A DNA stretch of 64,000 bases from Amphiura filiformis (GCF_039555335.1 NC_092633.1:21228334-21292333), one strand, 5' to 3'. Shown: positions 12,096 to 25,300, counted from the first letter of the stretch. Program-made: numbers and translations. Notes: generated by a model from the letters alone, not told the origin.

Positions 12096-14113
12096 AACTA
12101 CGCAAAAAAAGTTTCTTTATGGTTAGGAAATTTACCCACTATTAAAATCTAGCGACCAATTTTGTACGTTTGCTACATAATCGCATGCGGGGGATTGTCC
12201 TGCGCATTTTGACACCTCAATCACTGCCCTAAGATTTGAATGTTTAAGTACCAAGAGATCGACAGATAAAAAATGGCAAAGAAGCCTATTCAATGGTTTT
12301 AGAGCTGATTCACTGATCCAAGACAGTTTCATTATTCGCGCCTTTTCAATTTGAATTTAAAGCATTTTCCTTGACATGGGTTTGGAAAAGGAATTCAAAA
12401 CAGGTCATGATTACAGCAATTCGGAATTGAGACACTTGAGTGGTCCTCCAGAAGCCCTAATCTTAACCCCTTGGAGAACCTTTGGGATCAGCTCAAGAGA
12501 AGATTCAACAAGAAGATAAAGGCAGATACAACTCTGGTGGGATTGCGTCGCATTGTTATCAACGAGTGGAACGGGATTTAGCAAGGTAACATTCGACGCC
12601 TCATTAGAAGCATGAGATGCCGCGTGGCTGCTGTAAGGGAAACCAACGGTGGACACACAAAGTACTGAAAAACTGGTAAAGAAAGACTAATCGCAAGTTA
12701 AGTTGGAAGCGGCAGTTTGATGCCTGGAATGTACTCAGAAAGTAAACAAAAAATGTTATCTGCATGTTTGTTGTTTTTTGTGTTCTTTTATGCTGAAAAC
12801 TTGAATAGGCCTTTTTGCAATTTTTTGACCTCGTGTTACTTAAACATAAATCATATCTTTTCTCAGGAGTATCATAAGGTAGTGATTAAGTACGTGTCAA
12901 AATGCGCAGGATAATCATCCGTACAAAATTAGTTGCTAGATTTTAATAGCGGGTAAATTTCAATTAGTTGCTAGATTTTAATAGCGGGTACATTTCCTAA
13001 CCATACAGAAACTTTTTTTGCGTAGTGTACAGGGTGTTACCGGGCGAATGAATTTGGGCGTAAGTCGAGAAATAAACATCAAAATCCCAAAATCTAAACA
13101 TCAGCGTGTAGCCAATCTTATTCTGCATCGTATACGCCAATATTACTGGAATCGGTTGCCTGATTGCGAAGAAATGAGCGATTACATAACGCATGCATCA
13201 ATTCACTTCATTCCAAGTTTGAAAGAAAGATCATTCAACACAATGCACACTAGTTGACTGTCAATATGTTGTTCAGTGAACTCCTTTTCATTCTTTTTTA
13301 AACAATCTGTTTTTTGCAAAACATTTATTAGGTTTTCTTCAAATTTGAAAACCTACACGTTGTTGAAAATGAAAGCTTGCATGTAAGATGACGCTCGATT
13401 GCTCGGTATTTGTAAATATCTTTTTGCGTTAATGTTGATATAAATATTGCATACATAACTATTGCATAAAGAATTCCAGCTGGCTTAAAACATTCTCACA
13501 CACATTAATGTTTTTGGAATATTTCCAAGAAATTGTAATGCAAAGTTTATTTAAATCTTTAAAACTTCAACATTAATGTTGCATGCTATCAAAAATCACA
13601 CGTAAAGCTGTAAGCACTTGATCATTGTCATTCCTGGCTCAAATGTTCTTCGGAAAGTTAAAATATAACATATTTGTACAACCTAAGGAATTAAAGATGG
13701 AAAGCTTCCAATTACAGAAATCAAAGTTTTCTCGGTCAAACTGATATTCATCTTCAGTGAAAGCATGAATAACATAACATTGTTGGATTATAAAATAGAC
13801 AATGTGGACTAAATTTAATGAGATACACAAACTTTAGGAAGCGGTGAGCGAGTATGAAAAAGCCCTTTTGATCAAACTTGGAATGAACTGCATTAATGCA
13901 CGCACTATACAATCGTTAATTTCTTCGCAACCAGTCAACCGAATCAAATAAAATTTTTGTATGTGATGCACAATAAAATAGGCTATGCGTTACATTTTAA
14001 ATGTTTGGAATCTGATGTATATTTCTCGACTTTTGTTCAATTTTATCTGAGACGAATATAGGTATATTCGTCTCAGATTTTATTCACTCGGTAATTTTTT
14101 ATGGAACACCCTG
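12096..14113. mobile_element. Nested Tc1/mariner-type insertion (~2 kb) in intron 4 of copy A, absent from copy B
   Basis: Element 1 (12098-13025) has ~75-bp TIRs 'ctacgcaaaaaaagtttctttatggttaggaaatttaccc..' and 'gggtacatttcctaaccatacagaaactttttttgcgtag'. Element 2 (13030-14113) has termini 'cagggtgtt..' and '..aacaccctg'. The composite is flanked by TA..TA, and copy B at 54460 shows the empty site 'atcTAttttca'. Confidence 0.6.
12411..12660 (+). pseudogene. Tc1-family transposase C-terminal remnant with an internal stop
   Basis: Plus-strand translation '..NLNPLENLWDQLKRRFNKKIKADTTLVGLRRIVINEWNGI*QGNIRRLIRSMRCRVAAVRETNGGHTKY*' matches the conserved Tc1 transposase tail (DLNPIENLW..MPRR..AVI.A.GG.TKY). 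Confidence 0.65.
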
Positions 14114-14221
14114 TATTTCATTTGTATCTTATAGTGAAGTTAAATCTGATTACATAAATCTTTTTAATACTCAATATTTATTCCTGCTGAAAATTCTTTA
14201 ACAAATCTCTGTATTCGATAG

Positions 14222-14388
14222 GAGTTTCACTGGATACTCTGGCAGTAACTGTCAACAACCTGATGTATCAAAGACGACGGAAAAACCACATACACCGGCA
14301 CATACATCAAATAAGCCTGGTGTAACCAGAATCGTTCCTGTGGTGATAAATGGCAACCCCGCACCGGTCGTCTACTCGTCTAATAACG
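14222..14388 (+). CDS. Mucin-like gene copy A, exon completing the EGF-like domain plus juxtamembrane S/T/P linker
   Basis: Acceptor 'attcgatag|g'. Encodes 'LSFTGYSGSNCQQPDVSKTTEKPHTPAHTSNKPGVTRIVPVVINGNPAPVVYSSNN'. Donor 'aataacg|gtaagt'. Confidence 0.75.
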
Positions 14389-14831
14389 GTAAGTGTGTAC
14401 AGGATATAGTCCCAAATTTATCAAGGGGTGTAGTACCACCTTAACAGAAAGTAATATAGGAGTATTTAAAAATCCCACAACGGAACTTAAGGTGGCACTA
14501 CACCCCTTGATGAATTTGTGATTATTTTTGCATTTTTCTCAAAAATAAATACACACGGGTAACAAAAGTTATGTATATATTATAGGGTCAAGGAATCCAG
14601 TAGCGGTACGTTAGTTATGATAAGAAAAGAGGTACCACTAGAATGTGCCTCGTTTCTTAATATAGACACATATATAATGAACCACTTGTCTTGTATCCTG
14701 AAATTTCAGTGAAATAATTGGATTCCTTGCCCCTATAATATACATAACTTTTGTTATCAGTGTGTAGTTATTTTTTAGAAAAATACAAAATTAGTCACAA
14801 AATTTATCATGGGGGTGTATTATCACCTATA

Positions 14832-15320
14832 GGTTAAATACCACTAATTATGTATTACACGTGTTTCAATGGGAAAATGCCTAATTTCGGGTGGAATTTT
14901 CTCATATTCAGAACTCTCACAGTTCAATGTCACCAATATCAGGTGAAACTATATGATTTAGATGCCAAATGATCAAAAATTCAACATAGGTTGACCTAAG
15001 ACTTTTCTTGTTTTAACGCACTGAACCGTAAACACCTTAAAATGACAATGCGCCCTCGAAGCTGAAAGTTACAATATGATAGGCCGACTATTTTCTAAAA
15101 ACCGAAGCCGTGCGTATGAATTTTGGTACTATTACATCAAAAATGTCATATAATGAGAGAAAATGTACCATTTTGAAGCATCAAACTCTAAAAAGTACTT
15201 TTGGCTATATAACTTGATCAATTTCTGCGATTTTAATGCAGTCTTTTCGAATGCCATGAAAACAAATAGTTCCTCGTCGTATTTCAATGTATCGCCCAGG
15301 CCTATTGGTGGTCTTTAACC
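14832..15320. mobile_element. ~490-bp MITE in intron 5 of copy A, same family as 51020-51505 in copy B
   Basis: Termini 'ggttaaatacc' and 'ggtctttaacc'. Copy B intron 5 (55190-55215) shows the uninterrupted sequence 'atcaccttaacagaacgaaatag'. Confidence 0.6.
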
Positions 15321-15766
15321 TTAACAGAATGAAATAGTGTATGCGATAGCGTGATAAGGCAGCTACCACATTTTGCTTTTAATTTTGAAAATTGATCCTT
15401 CCGTTGTCATCGTAAGTCTTGTATTTTAAGAACAAAGACATACAAAGCGGTCAATGGGGTTCAAAATTCCCAAAGTTCAACATTCCAAAAGTGCATGAAA
15501 GTTGTCTTATTGTACAATTGCATAGATTATTCTATCTTGTTTCGCTAGGGTGCACCCTCGAAAATTAACTTCTAATGAACTCCTCTTTCGTCTTGTTTAA
15601 TTTGCAACAAAATGTGCCCAGAAGCTGCGGGACATTTATTAAAGAGAATGAACTGATTCACAAACTCGCCCTCCCAATCGCCCTTCATTGCTATACCATC
15701 TGTACTGATTTGATTCATTTGTTATTATTTAAATGAATAAGAACCGTAGAGTTTATTTCTCAACAG

Positions 15767-15863
15767 ACACGTGGTTGTTCGTCGGCATTCTTGGTGGGAT
15801 TGCCATGGCTTTGATGATATTTCTCGCCCTTATGGTGGCGCTGATCTACTGGTTACAGAAAAA
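15767..15863 (+). CDS. Mucin-like gene copy A, transmembrane exon
   Basis: Acceptor 'tctcaacag|ac'. Encodes 'DTWLFVGILGGIAMALMIFLALMVALIYWLQK'. Donor 'aaaaa|gtacgt' is phase 2. Confidence 0.8.
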
Positions 15864-16319
15864 GTACGTATCATTACTATAGCTATATATGACATAAAAA
15901 ACACGAGCAGAATTGATCAACTACTGGCATATCCATAATACTTGTAAATGAAAATAAGAAATAAGTCACGCAACCCGTTATTAGTTTGGTCTTATGGGTG
16001 GCTCTATTGACCTTTGTCTCAAAAGAGTCAGGCGAATCCGTTGATAACCTAACTCTAAACCGAGCAATAAAGTCATTTTATTCTCTTCTCTTATTTAAGG
16101 AACCGGATAGCGATATTTTCACGTATTTTTTGTGGGATCTGAGAGCAGAGCACATCAGACACACCAAATTGCATTTTGAATGCGAGGAATGTCCTTATAA
16201 TAGTAAATAATTTTGATTTATAAAAATTCGCGATATAACACAAATTTTATGGTAAAGTATTACAAATTGACATTTAACGGTCCTCGAAGTAAATTGTATC
16301 AATTTAATAATAATGTATA

Positions 16320-16515
16320 TATTTAAAGTCTATGTAGCTGAAAGGAAAAGCCGTCCATCATATGAAAATACTAACCTTTTGAATTTGAAAATATACATTT
16401 TCCCCCAAAATTACCTAAAACTTTTAGGTCTTTGGGGGAAAACTGTTTATAATGCGAAAGGTTAAAATTTTCATATGATGGACGGCTCTTCCTCCAGCTA
16501 CATAGACTTTAAAGA
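16320..16515. repeat. Hairpin (foldback MITE) in intron 6, nested inside a second inverted-repeat pair
   Basis: 'aaagtctatgtagctgaaaggaaaagccgtccatcatatgaaaat' versus 'attttcatatgatggacggctcttcctccagctacatagacttt'. Outer pair at 16130-16200 and 16630-16695. Same arrangement in copy B at 56370-56560. Confidence 0.5.
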
Positions 16516-16781
16516 CTGTTAAATATTAATTATTAAGAATTTTAATTTTTGATAATTTGCCATAAAATTTGTATAATATCGCAAATGCCAAAAATCTAAA
16601 TTATTTGGCATTAGAAGGCCATTCCTCGTATTCAGATCAATTTGGTGTGTCTGATGTGCTCTCAGGCCCCACAAAAATACTGTGAAAAGGTGGTGACCGA
16701 CCCTTAAATTAACTTCCAACTTTGCATGCATTTTTAAACAATAGCTACAAGACACGTCTATATCTTTCTTTGACACATCAG

Positions 16782-17352
16782 GGCTTTCCGCCACTTGTAC
16801 AAAGTGGGTGACATAGAGGCACGTCTAAGCAACAACCAACCACTTGATGACTCTCCAAGATCCAATTTACAATCTACAATATCAGAAAGTGACGAGATTG
16901 TTCCTGTGGATATAAGATTGGATCAGAATTTCTTCTTGCGATCTCTGCCACCTGCTTCCAGCGATTCTCCAGAATATGCCACGACAGGAAAATCACGTGT
17001 TTCCGAAAGCGTTGAGACGGGAGACACGGATGATCAAGGAAGTGAACCAGCTCATGAGGCTAAAGAACAGTTAGATGTGGGTGAAAGTCCCAATCAGGAA
17101 ACTCAACGCAACAAAAAGGAAAACGCCACTTACCAGGAATCCTCTGACCTATCTCCCTCATTGCGACCACCTTTACCAGAACCAGCAGCAGAAGAGCCAA
17201 AGAAAAAGAAGCGTAAATGGCCAGCACATCAGCGTGTTCGTAGCTTGGTTTATAATCCAATACGTGAGGTTTACCATGTTCAACTTGCACAAGCAAATCC
17301 TTCACAGGAACCCTCTAACTTCCACTATACCGCATCATATTGGCCCAAATAA
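16782..17352 (+). CDS. Mucin-like gene copy A, terminal exon with ~190-aa acidic, S/P-rich cytoplasmic tail and stop at 17350-17352
   Basis: Acceptor 'acatcag|g' is phase 2. Encodes 'KAFRHLYKVGDIEARLSNNQPLDDSPRS..EPKKKKRKWPAHQRVRSLVYNPIREVYHVQLAQANPSQEPSNFHYTASYWPK*'. AATAAA overlaps the stop codon. Confidence 0.75.
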
Positions 17353-19194
17353 AAAAAACGTTATAAAATGACTGTAGCAAATGGCCCATTCTTATGATTC
17401 CTAATATTATTACTACAGCTCTTTGTCAATTATATGCATTTCATCGGCCAAAAGTTTGATTCAGCTCTTTGGAAATTGTAAATACTATAGAAAAAAATAT
17501 TCCCACATTACATAGCCTTTCGCGCTTTAAGGGGTTAGGGCATATTATAAAACACATACCATATTTATACACTTTTGCGCTTAATGGTCAGGTCTATTGT
17601 AAAAACAAGTTTATCTCTATTCGAAGAGAATAATTATTACATTACCAGTTGACACTCGTTGCAATTTTTTTATGCGTATTTCTCTTGTAAAAAGAGAAAT
17701 TGAGTTGGTAAATTCGGGCTCGTACGTGTTCTTCCCCCGTTTGAATGGAAATTAATTTCAAGGCAGCGGGCTATGACGTAAGTAAATGAAGCTTAGCGGA
17801 CACTATATCATGCTCTCATTTACTTGTGTGACAAGTTTGACATTAGCAACAATGAGTTGTACTATATACAATGCTGCATAACAATATGCAGACTATACTT
17901 GTTCTCATTTCAGAAACAAAGCCCAGACAGTATTGTTACTATGCGTTTGCTTTGTAATATTTCATCCAACTGAATATCGCACAGTGAAATCAGATACGTG
18001 AGTTTGTGGACTTAACACGGTTTATATGCTAGTCTCAGATCGAACACGATGAAATTCTAAGCTCAAATTATTTATTTATTTTTAGGCCTAATATTTCTCA
18101 TGATATTGATATTCATATATTATGAATTGTAATATCACAATTTACTAATATATATTTAAAAAAAGGTTAGCTTGTTGTTGCTCACTGTTCGGGTGAGCAA
18201 GCCTGTCAGGACTCCTACATAGGAGAAACCGTCCAACCTCTTCATAATCGCATGCTACATCTACATCTGAAAGTCAGTTAACTATACAATTTAATAAGCA
18301 TGTTTTGATAGCTGAATGCAATAACAACAACAACACTACCGTACTCCTACTGTGCATATTTTATGCATGAATACTGAAGAGAATTTCTTAACAGAAACCA
18401 ATGAACCTTTGTCAAGACTCTGTGATTGAACCATATCATACCATTGTATCAAGTTTCTTGAAGGTATACACACACCAGTGATACAAAGAAGAAAACGCAT
18501 ATTTAGCATCAAGTGCCTGAACGTTTACATTATGCCAAATATGTAAATAGCAATAAGCATGATAAGTGAGGAAATGGGTGAACAGATTTTATGAAAAATA
18601 TGCCGGGGAAATGTTTATTTATAACACACAGATAAAAAAAAAATGCTGTGTAAAATTGGTTTTCTATACATTAGATGGTTTGTTTCAGAACCAGTTCATC
18701 TATATTAACTAAGGTATATGTACTATATTTTTCATATCTTAAGAGAATATATTAAAATAATATATTGTGCAGCGCCTAGAGACCCTTTGTTTTGTGCGCT
18801 TTATAAATGTCCATTATTATTATTAATATTAATATATAATATATTGTATATTCAATTAGGTGTATTGTGAAGTGGTTTTTTTTCCTTTGAATTCAAACAG
18901 GTACCAATAAGTGTACTAGAATGATTTTATAATAGAGCATATAATTATTTCAGATATTTGAAGAAAAAAATCATGTGTTTATTACGTGTATTTTGTATAA
19001 TGTCCATTATATCATGTAAAATCATGTTATAGCTTGTATATCAAGAGATCATAAGTATGATCACAATTATCCTTTATTTGTGAAAATATTCTTGTACAGA
19101 TCAGGTATGGTGTACCGACATCCCGATATATTCCTGCAGTTGCAGGTAGAATAGTTACTTAAAATGTCTTTCATTTGTCTTAAAGATAGTTATA

Positions 19195-19695
19195 AACATA
19201 TTTAAAAAAGTAACTAACCCCCCTTAAATAATGACCATTATTCAAAAACGGGTGATTGTATTTCAAATCTGCAAAATGCGTTGGAAGCAGAATTTATTTC
19301 TGCACATTTTGACACCTCATTTGCAGCAATTGACTAAATATTGACGTCACAGCGTACATTTAAATCAATATAACCCAAAATTTGAAAGTTGCAGTAAATT
19401 GTATTGATTTTGCATTCAATGTAATGGAAGGAAATCTGTGTAATGATATCTGAGTGTTTTTGTATTGTAAAAATGTGTATGTAAGTGCAACATTCAAATC
19501 TGGGCCTCAATACATTAAATTGACCGGTGTTTTATTGTTTTCTGGGCTATCGTATCAAATGAGGTGTCAAAATGTGCAGAAATACATTCTGCGTCCAACG
19601 CATTTTACAGATTTGTAATACAACAGCCCCTTTGTGAATAATGGCCATTATATAAGGGGGGTTAGTTACTTTTTTTGAGATGTTTATATTTTCTG
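19195..19695. mobile_element. Foldback / long-TIR MITE (~500 bp, arms ~130 bp)
   Basis: 'agtaactaaccccccttaaataatgaccattattcaaaaacgggtgattgtatttcaaatctgcaaaatgcgttgg..' is the reverse complement of 19560-19690. Same family fragments at 11020-11110, 52620-52760 and 53950-54070. Confidence 0.5.
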
Positions 19696-20665
19696 TTAAA
19701 AAGTAAGGAAATATTGGCTTGCTTTGAAAAAAAAAGTTTTCAAAATACAAGAATTATAAACAGATCATGTACTCAAAAACGTTACCAAATACTCTAGTTA
19801 CTCTGTATATCTAGCGTTTTTCCAAATTTTGTGATTAAAAGTAATCCAACAAAATTATGTCAATATAAATTATATAGTTATATGTCACATACTTGGAGAT
19901 ATGTAAGCCTCCTGGTCACGAGAGAGGCACTGTATTGATCAGATTGTATGAAATAAAATTGTCAATGGAACACACAAAGTGGAAATGGTACAAGAAGTTA
20001 CTATTTTCTGACTCCTCTTCACCTATAAATCACATTCGCAGGCATGAGAATTTTCGGTTTTATAATTACTTTTTGCCCAATTTTATACGCATTTTATACG
20101 CATTTTCAGGGTTTTTTTTGGAAAGTCTCATGCAGTATTCGGAGTGGGGGCAATTACTCCACATTCCAGAAACATATAGCACTAAATAATTGTTATAAAA
20201 AATATCCTGATTTGCCAAATGAAACATGGCTAAATCCAAATTCTTTAGTTAGTTCTAACTGGCAATGAAAGTCAAATTTTATTAATTTGGTTTGTTTTTG
20301 GATATAATGGCTAAAAACATGTGTTTTAGGGTGAATTTTGTATGATGTTACAATCAAACCCAAAGACTTGTACAACTAGTTTAGGTTATGCATTCTAATT
20401 TTTTGAAAACACATTTTCAAATCAATTATCAAAATTAACATCAAATATTAAGAATATGAGATTTTGAATGCTTAGATTTGTTCCAAGTCTTTGAATTTTG
20501 TGACTGCAGTTGTAAGAAAAGATTCATTTGCACGTTTTAGTCCATTTCCTTCATATTGCAAGGATTATAATTTAGCTATGTTTCATCTGGATAATCTGGA
20601 TCAGGATAATGTTTTTTTATTTTTTTGGAATTAGGAGTAGTTAAGCAGTATGCAGACTCCAAGTA

Positions 20666-21613
20666 TTAGACGTACAATATTTGGCGGGTTATGTCATCGA
20701 CGAGTTGATGAAACCCAAAAGAATCACTGATCTCAGCGAGCCTGGTTACAAATTTACTGTTTAAATTTGATGGCAATTGATCAACATTAAAGTCACCCAT
20801 CAAGAGTGTGCCGTCATATCGCTCTGTATGAAGATTGGATAAAGTTTGTTCCAAGCAGTCAAGTGATTCCATATCCGCTCTGCGGGGACGGTAGAAAACC
20901 CCACACAGCCATCTTTTCTTACCAATGATGATGGATGCCCACAATGACTGCGAGTCCGTTTTGGGAAAGTTGTGGTGATGTTCAACATGAATAGGTTGAA
21001 GTTCTGGGGAAATAGCAAGTAACACCCCACCCCCTTGTGTGTTTCGATCATTCCTAAGTATAACCTTGTCCTGGAGAACACAGCTACTAGGGATATGATC
21101 GGCAAGCCAGGTTTCTGCAACACCGATTATTTTAAAGTCATAGCTGAATACATATGCTTGGAAGTCAAGCAGTTTGTTTTTGATACTGCGTGCATTTACA
21201 AACAAACATGGCATACCATGATTAATGGTACTAATACTATTACTAGATTGATTGAAAGGACTACTCCCTGATGTATTGTCACTATGGTTTGGAGTGGGAG
21301 ACATCCCATTGTGTGTAGTATCAAGTGAGTGTCTAGTTGGTGACACAATTGGGCCAGGGTTTTGTTCGACGTCACCTGCGAGTATGATAGTGTTTACAAC
21401 AGGTACCACGGCCACAGGTTGGAAACATGAAGTATGATTTGCATAATGTGAGACCGGTCCAAGGAATTTACGCTTGAGTGAAGTTGGTCCACCACATTCA
21501 GTTCTAAACACTGTTGTTTCGTGCAGACAACCATAGTCGCTTAGGAGGAGAATCAGTAGTAGGCACTCGTACGTGTACATCTTCATAATTATAAAAATAA
21601 AGAAAGATCCCAC
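20666..21613 (-). mobile_element. Non-LTR retrotransposon (LINE) 5' fragment with hydrophobic leader, 2A-like peptide and AP-endonuclease (EEP) domain
   Basis: 315-aa ORF '..NTIILAGDVEQNPGP..LFVNARSIKNKLLDFQAYVFSYDFKIIGVAETWL..GGGVLLA..FYRPRRADMESLDCLEQ..LLMGDFNV..' carries EEP/APE hallmarks (ETWL, GGGV, YRP, GDFN). Confidence 0.7.
21350..21373 (-). other. 2A-like ribosome-skipping motif D-V-E-Q-N-P-G-P inside the LINE ORF
   Basis: Reverse complement of 21350-21373 is 'gac gtc gaa caa aac cct ggc cca'. It is preceded by 'TIILAG', matching the FMDV-type consensus LxGDVExNPGP. Confidence 0.6.
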
Positions 21614-22479
21614 CTTTAATCTAGATGAAAAACGTGCTTTTTGTTCACATAAAGGAACACTGCATGAAGGTAGTTCAACTCAGCATTGGGTACTTCTGCA
21701 TTGGCTCTGCACAGAGCAGAATTCTGCACCATTTCCCATGCACTACTGGAACTGCTGGTCTAAGTATGGCAGCAAAGTTGGTCAGTGTGCAGCCAGATTG
21801 AAGCAAAATATCACTACCTCAAACACTTTATTTGGTTTAGGGTACCATAATATGCAGACTGATGAAAGATATAAACTTCAGAGCTTTTTATTATGAGCAA
21901 AATATTGGATTTACTCAGAGCACAACTTGGGCATGTCCAACATGCTTGGCGGCCATTTTCATTGTATGTAACATATTGACGTATGACGTAAAATCGATGA
22001 TATGTTACGAATAATATCTGGTAGAAATATATTATCGATTTTACGTCATCAAACATTCGTTAGAACTTAAACATTACTCGAAATAGAAAGGCAATAGATC
22101 AAATAACGTAGATATGTTACATACAATATTGTACGTCTAATAAAAAGTCTGCATACTGCTTTATTGGACAGTAGTATCAACTTGGCCTAACAGGAGGTTC
22201 CGAATATAAAAGGCTCAATAATTTAGAAGGTTAGTCATTTCAAATCATATTTTACAAAGATTTTATGTAAAAATTATTTTCACTTTTTTCAAAGACTCAC
22301 AATTCGGAATATCAACTAGTCCTTAGGCCTACCTGGTTTCTTGAGTGAAATCGGGTTGATTAATTTGAAGTTTTGAGAAACCTGGTTGAGTGTTTTGTTG
22401 GTCGACAAGCCATGTAATCTAATATAGTCAAGTATGCTTGACAAATGATTCCACTTGGTATAAGCCTACCTGGATTATT

Positions 22480-22760
22480 TAAAAGCATTTGATTCAGTTT
22501 CACACAGACGAATACTATACAGGGACTCATGGGAATGTGTGTTCATGGATCTGCGACTTCCTCATTGTAAAAATACAGAAGAAACGGACGTTAGTGGGGT
22601 GCCCCAGGATTGATCCTTGGACCACTCTTGTTATCTATATCAACGATCGACTTGCCGCGAAGTTGAGTCAAAGGGAAATATATTTGCCGACGATACCTAT
22701 ACTGCAGGCATGTGGTCAGTGACAACGGTCGCACTAGAATGAAGGAAGACCTAAAAGCTC
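22480..22760 (+). mobile_element. LINE reverse-transcriptase fragment
   Basis: ORF '..YYTGTHGNVCSWICDFLIVKIQKKRTLVGCPRIDPWTTLVIYINDRLAAKL..' resembles the RT palm motif region (GVPQGS.LGPLLF.IYINDL). Confidence 0.5.
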
Positions 22761-25300
22761 TTTAAAGTAGTCCGATTATAATAGAACTTATCTTAAACAG
22801 AAAACCTGTTATGTTTGGGATATGGCCAGCGTGTGTATTGTCGCTAATGCTTATAATATTTTGAAAAAATGATCTGTATTTCGCAAGAATCATTTCCAAG
22901 TTAATATTTTCTGGTGTAGTTACGCCTGTAAAGGCTGTAATTAGTGAATATAATTGATAGTTGCTCAGCAGGAGAAGACAAACATTGATGTTGGAATTGA
23001 CGTCTGTGGAGTCTGCATAATTGTTGTGAAGAACACGGGGTTCCTTTACTGTAATTAAATCTTTTTAAAAAAATTGTCCGCATGATTTAATAGTTTCAAA
23101 AGAATCGGTTAGTCTATCAGGTAAACACCTATCAGACAACTGTACATGTATATCATCGTTCTGACAACAACGACATCGAACAGACATTTTTGCGGACGTC
23201 TTGGCCTATGATGTAACTTTCAGACCTTATATTTGAAACGCAGGTAAGACCTAGGCCTATTTTATTTCATATTCGTAATTGGTTTTTGTTGTTTTTAATT
23301 TTTTGATGACTGCCTCTTTTGGCCATATTACAAAGTCAAATCGGCGTTATGGGCATTTTTATCCGGTTTTCTCCCGATAATTCATTTTCCTCGCATCTTG
23401 CATCTAAACCGGGGCCGGGCGAAAGGGCACCCAGGCAGACACCCTTTTGACAAGATAATAATTTGTTTGCATTTCTTAGGAGCCAGGAAAATTACTGGCT
23501 TATTTTGGGTGTCCATTCGATCCGATATAGCCTACTTTAATCTCCCTCATTATCCCTCTTCCCTAGCCCCCCTGGATACGCCCCTAAGGCCTAAAAAATG
23601 TTTGATTGGCGTAACCCGACCTACTCTAAAATTAGGCCCAACAATAAATAAATAAAAAACGAAGAAAAAAGTAAAAAAATCCCTGTCTACCTTAGTATCC
23701 TAATTTTTATGTTACGCCAATCAAACAATTATTTTAGGCATAACAGTGATCGAAAACCATCGAAGGAACGGAATCAAAAGTTGCATTTTAATGTTCTAAT
23801 CAATGGAAAGCACGGCGAGAGTTGTTTGAGAACGCGTTGTTTGTGACCGATTTCAACGAATGAGTTCTCAACCCGAGTTAAAAATGCAGATTTGCTGCTG
23901 GTTATAAATTATGACATATCTGTCTTGGGGTAGGATATACAGGGATAAAAATAAATCGTACCTTATTTTTTTTGCTGGTTGTATTTAGGTTGAAAATGAA
24001 TTTTTAAACATATTTTTTTTAGTTTAGACCTCCTTATAAGAGGAGTGAGCAAACTTGTCCGGTCTGGGGCAATGACGTCCCAGAAACACAATGAAGGCTG
24101 ACAACAATTGAAGGCTGACAACAATTGAGCACAAATACCATTACATCGTTGCACTAGAAAATTTCGGCGCCGGAATTTTGAATATCGCGCGTTGAGAACA
24201 TCCTTTAAATATTGCTCAAAGAATATTTAAATTTTACGTAATGTTCAGGTCGTTGGTGTATTGCAAATGATAAAAAAAATATGGTTACGAGACTACTTTG
24301 TAAGGAGGGAGAAGATCATTGGGAAGGAAACACAGAGAAAGGAATTAATGAATGCTGGGTTGCATTGAAGGAAAAGGTAACAAATAATATTGACTACAAG
24401 AAGGGCAAAGTAACGGAGAAACCATTGGTGACTCAGCCAATGCTACATAAATTTATGCGCATTATAAAGAAGAATGAAAAGAAACAGGCTTAAGAAACAG
24501 CAAAGACTATGATCATGAATTGGAATTAGATCTAGAGAGAAAAGAAAGATTCGAGTAATAGTATGCCAAAGTGAGAGAACAGAACGAACTTACAGACGGA
24601 TCGCGTAACGAGGAATGCAGAAGCCAGTGCAATTTAATCAAATGCCATCGTCGAGAGTAAGTTATTGATTGACCCGCAGAAGATTATTGAAAAATATAGG
24701 AATATATACAATTATATAACGGCAGAGTTGGTATTGGAAGAAGAAAGCACAGTTACTAAGTGATGACAGCAAATGTCCAGATATCCTAAATAGAGAGATA
24801 ACAGCAAAAGAGACAAGGACTATGCGGAAGGAATCTGCAAGCAAAATTACACATCAGTCTAGTCAGATGAATTCGCGAAAGCACTGATTCCATCCATAGG
24901 GCAAAGGGACAAAAACTACCATTTCTTGTAGAATCAAAGGCTAAATCTGTTATTGGAATAACACAGTTTTGCTTTTTAGGCAAGACCGTAGAGACCGTGG
25001 TACCAGAGAAGCAATTGAAGTGAAAAGGATGCACATTGTTTACATTGTATGCTTTGAGAATGCATGTGATAGAGTTAGCTGGTTTATACATTCAATAGAG
25101 GATTAGATATGACTGGAGAGACGAAGTTCGATATTTAAAGCCAACTATACACGGGGCAAGTGGCAGAGGTGAGAGTGGCAGATGGAGTTTCAAGTTTTAG
25201 TTGGGAGAAGAGTGTGTCAATGATATATACTGTCAGCGCTGCTCTTCTCCATATGCAGAGATGATAGAGGCAATGGAAAGAATAGAAAAGGGTATACCTG

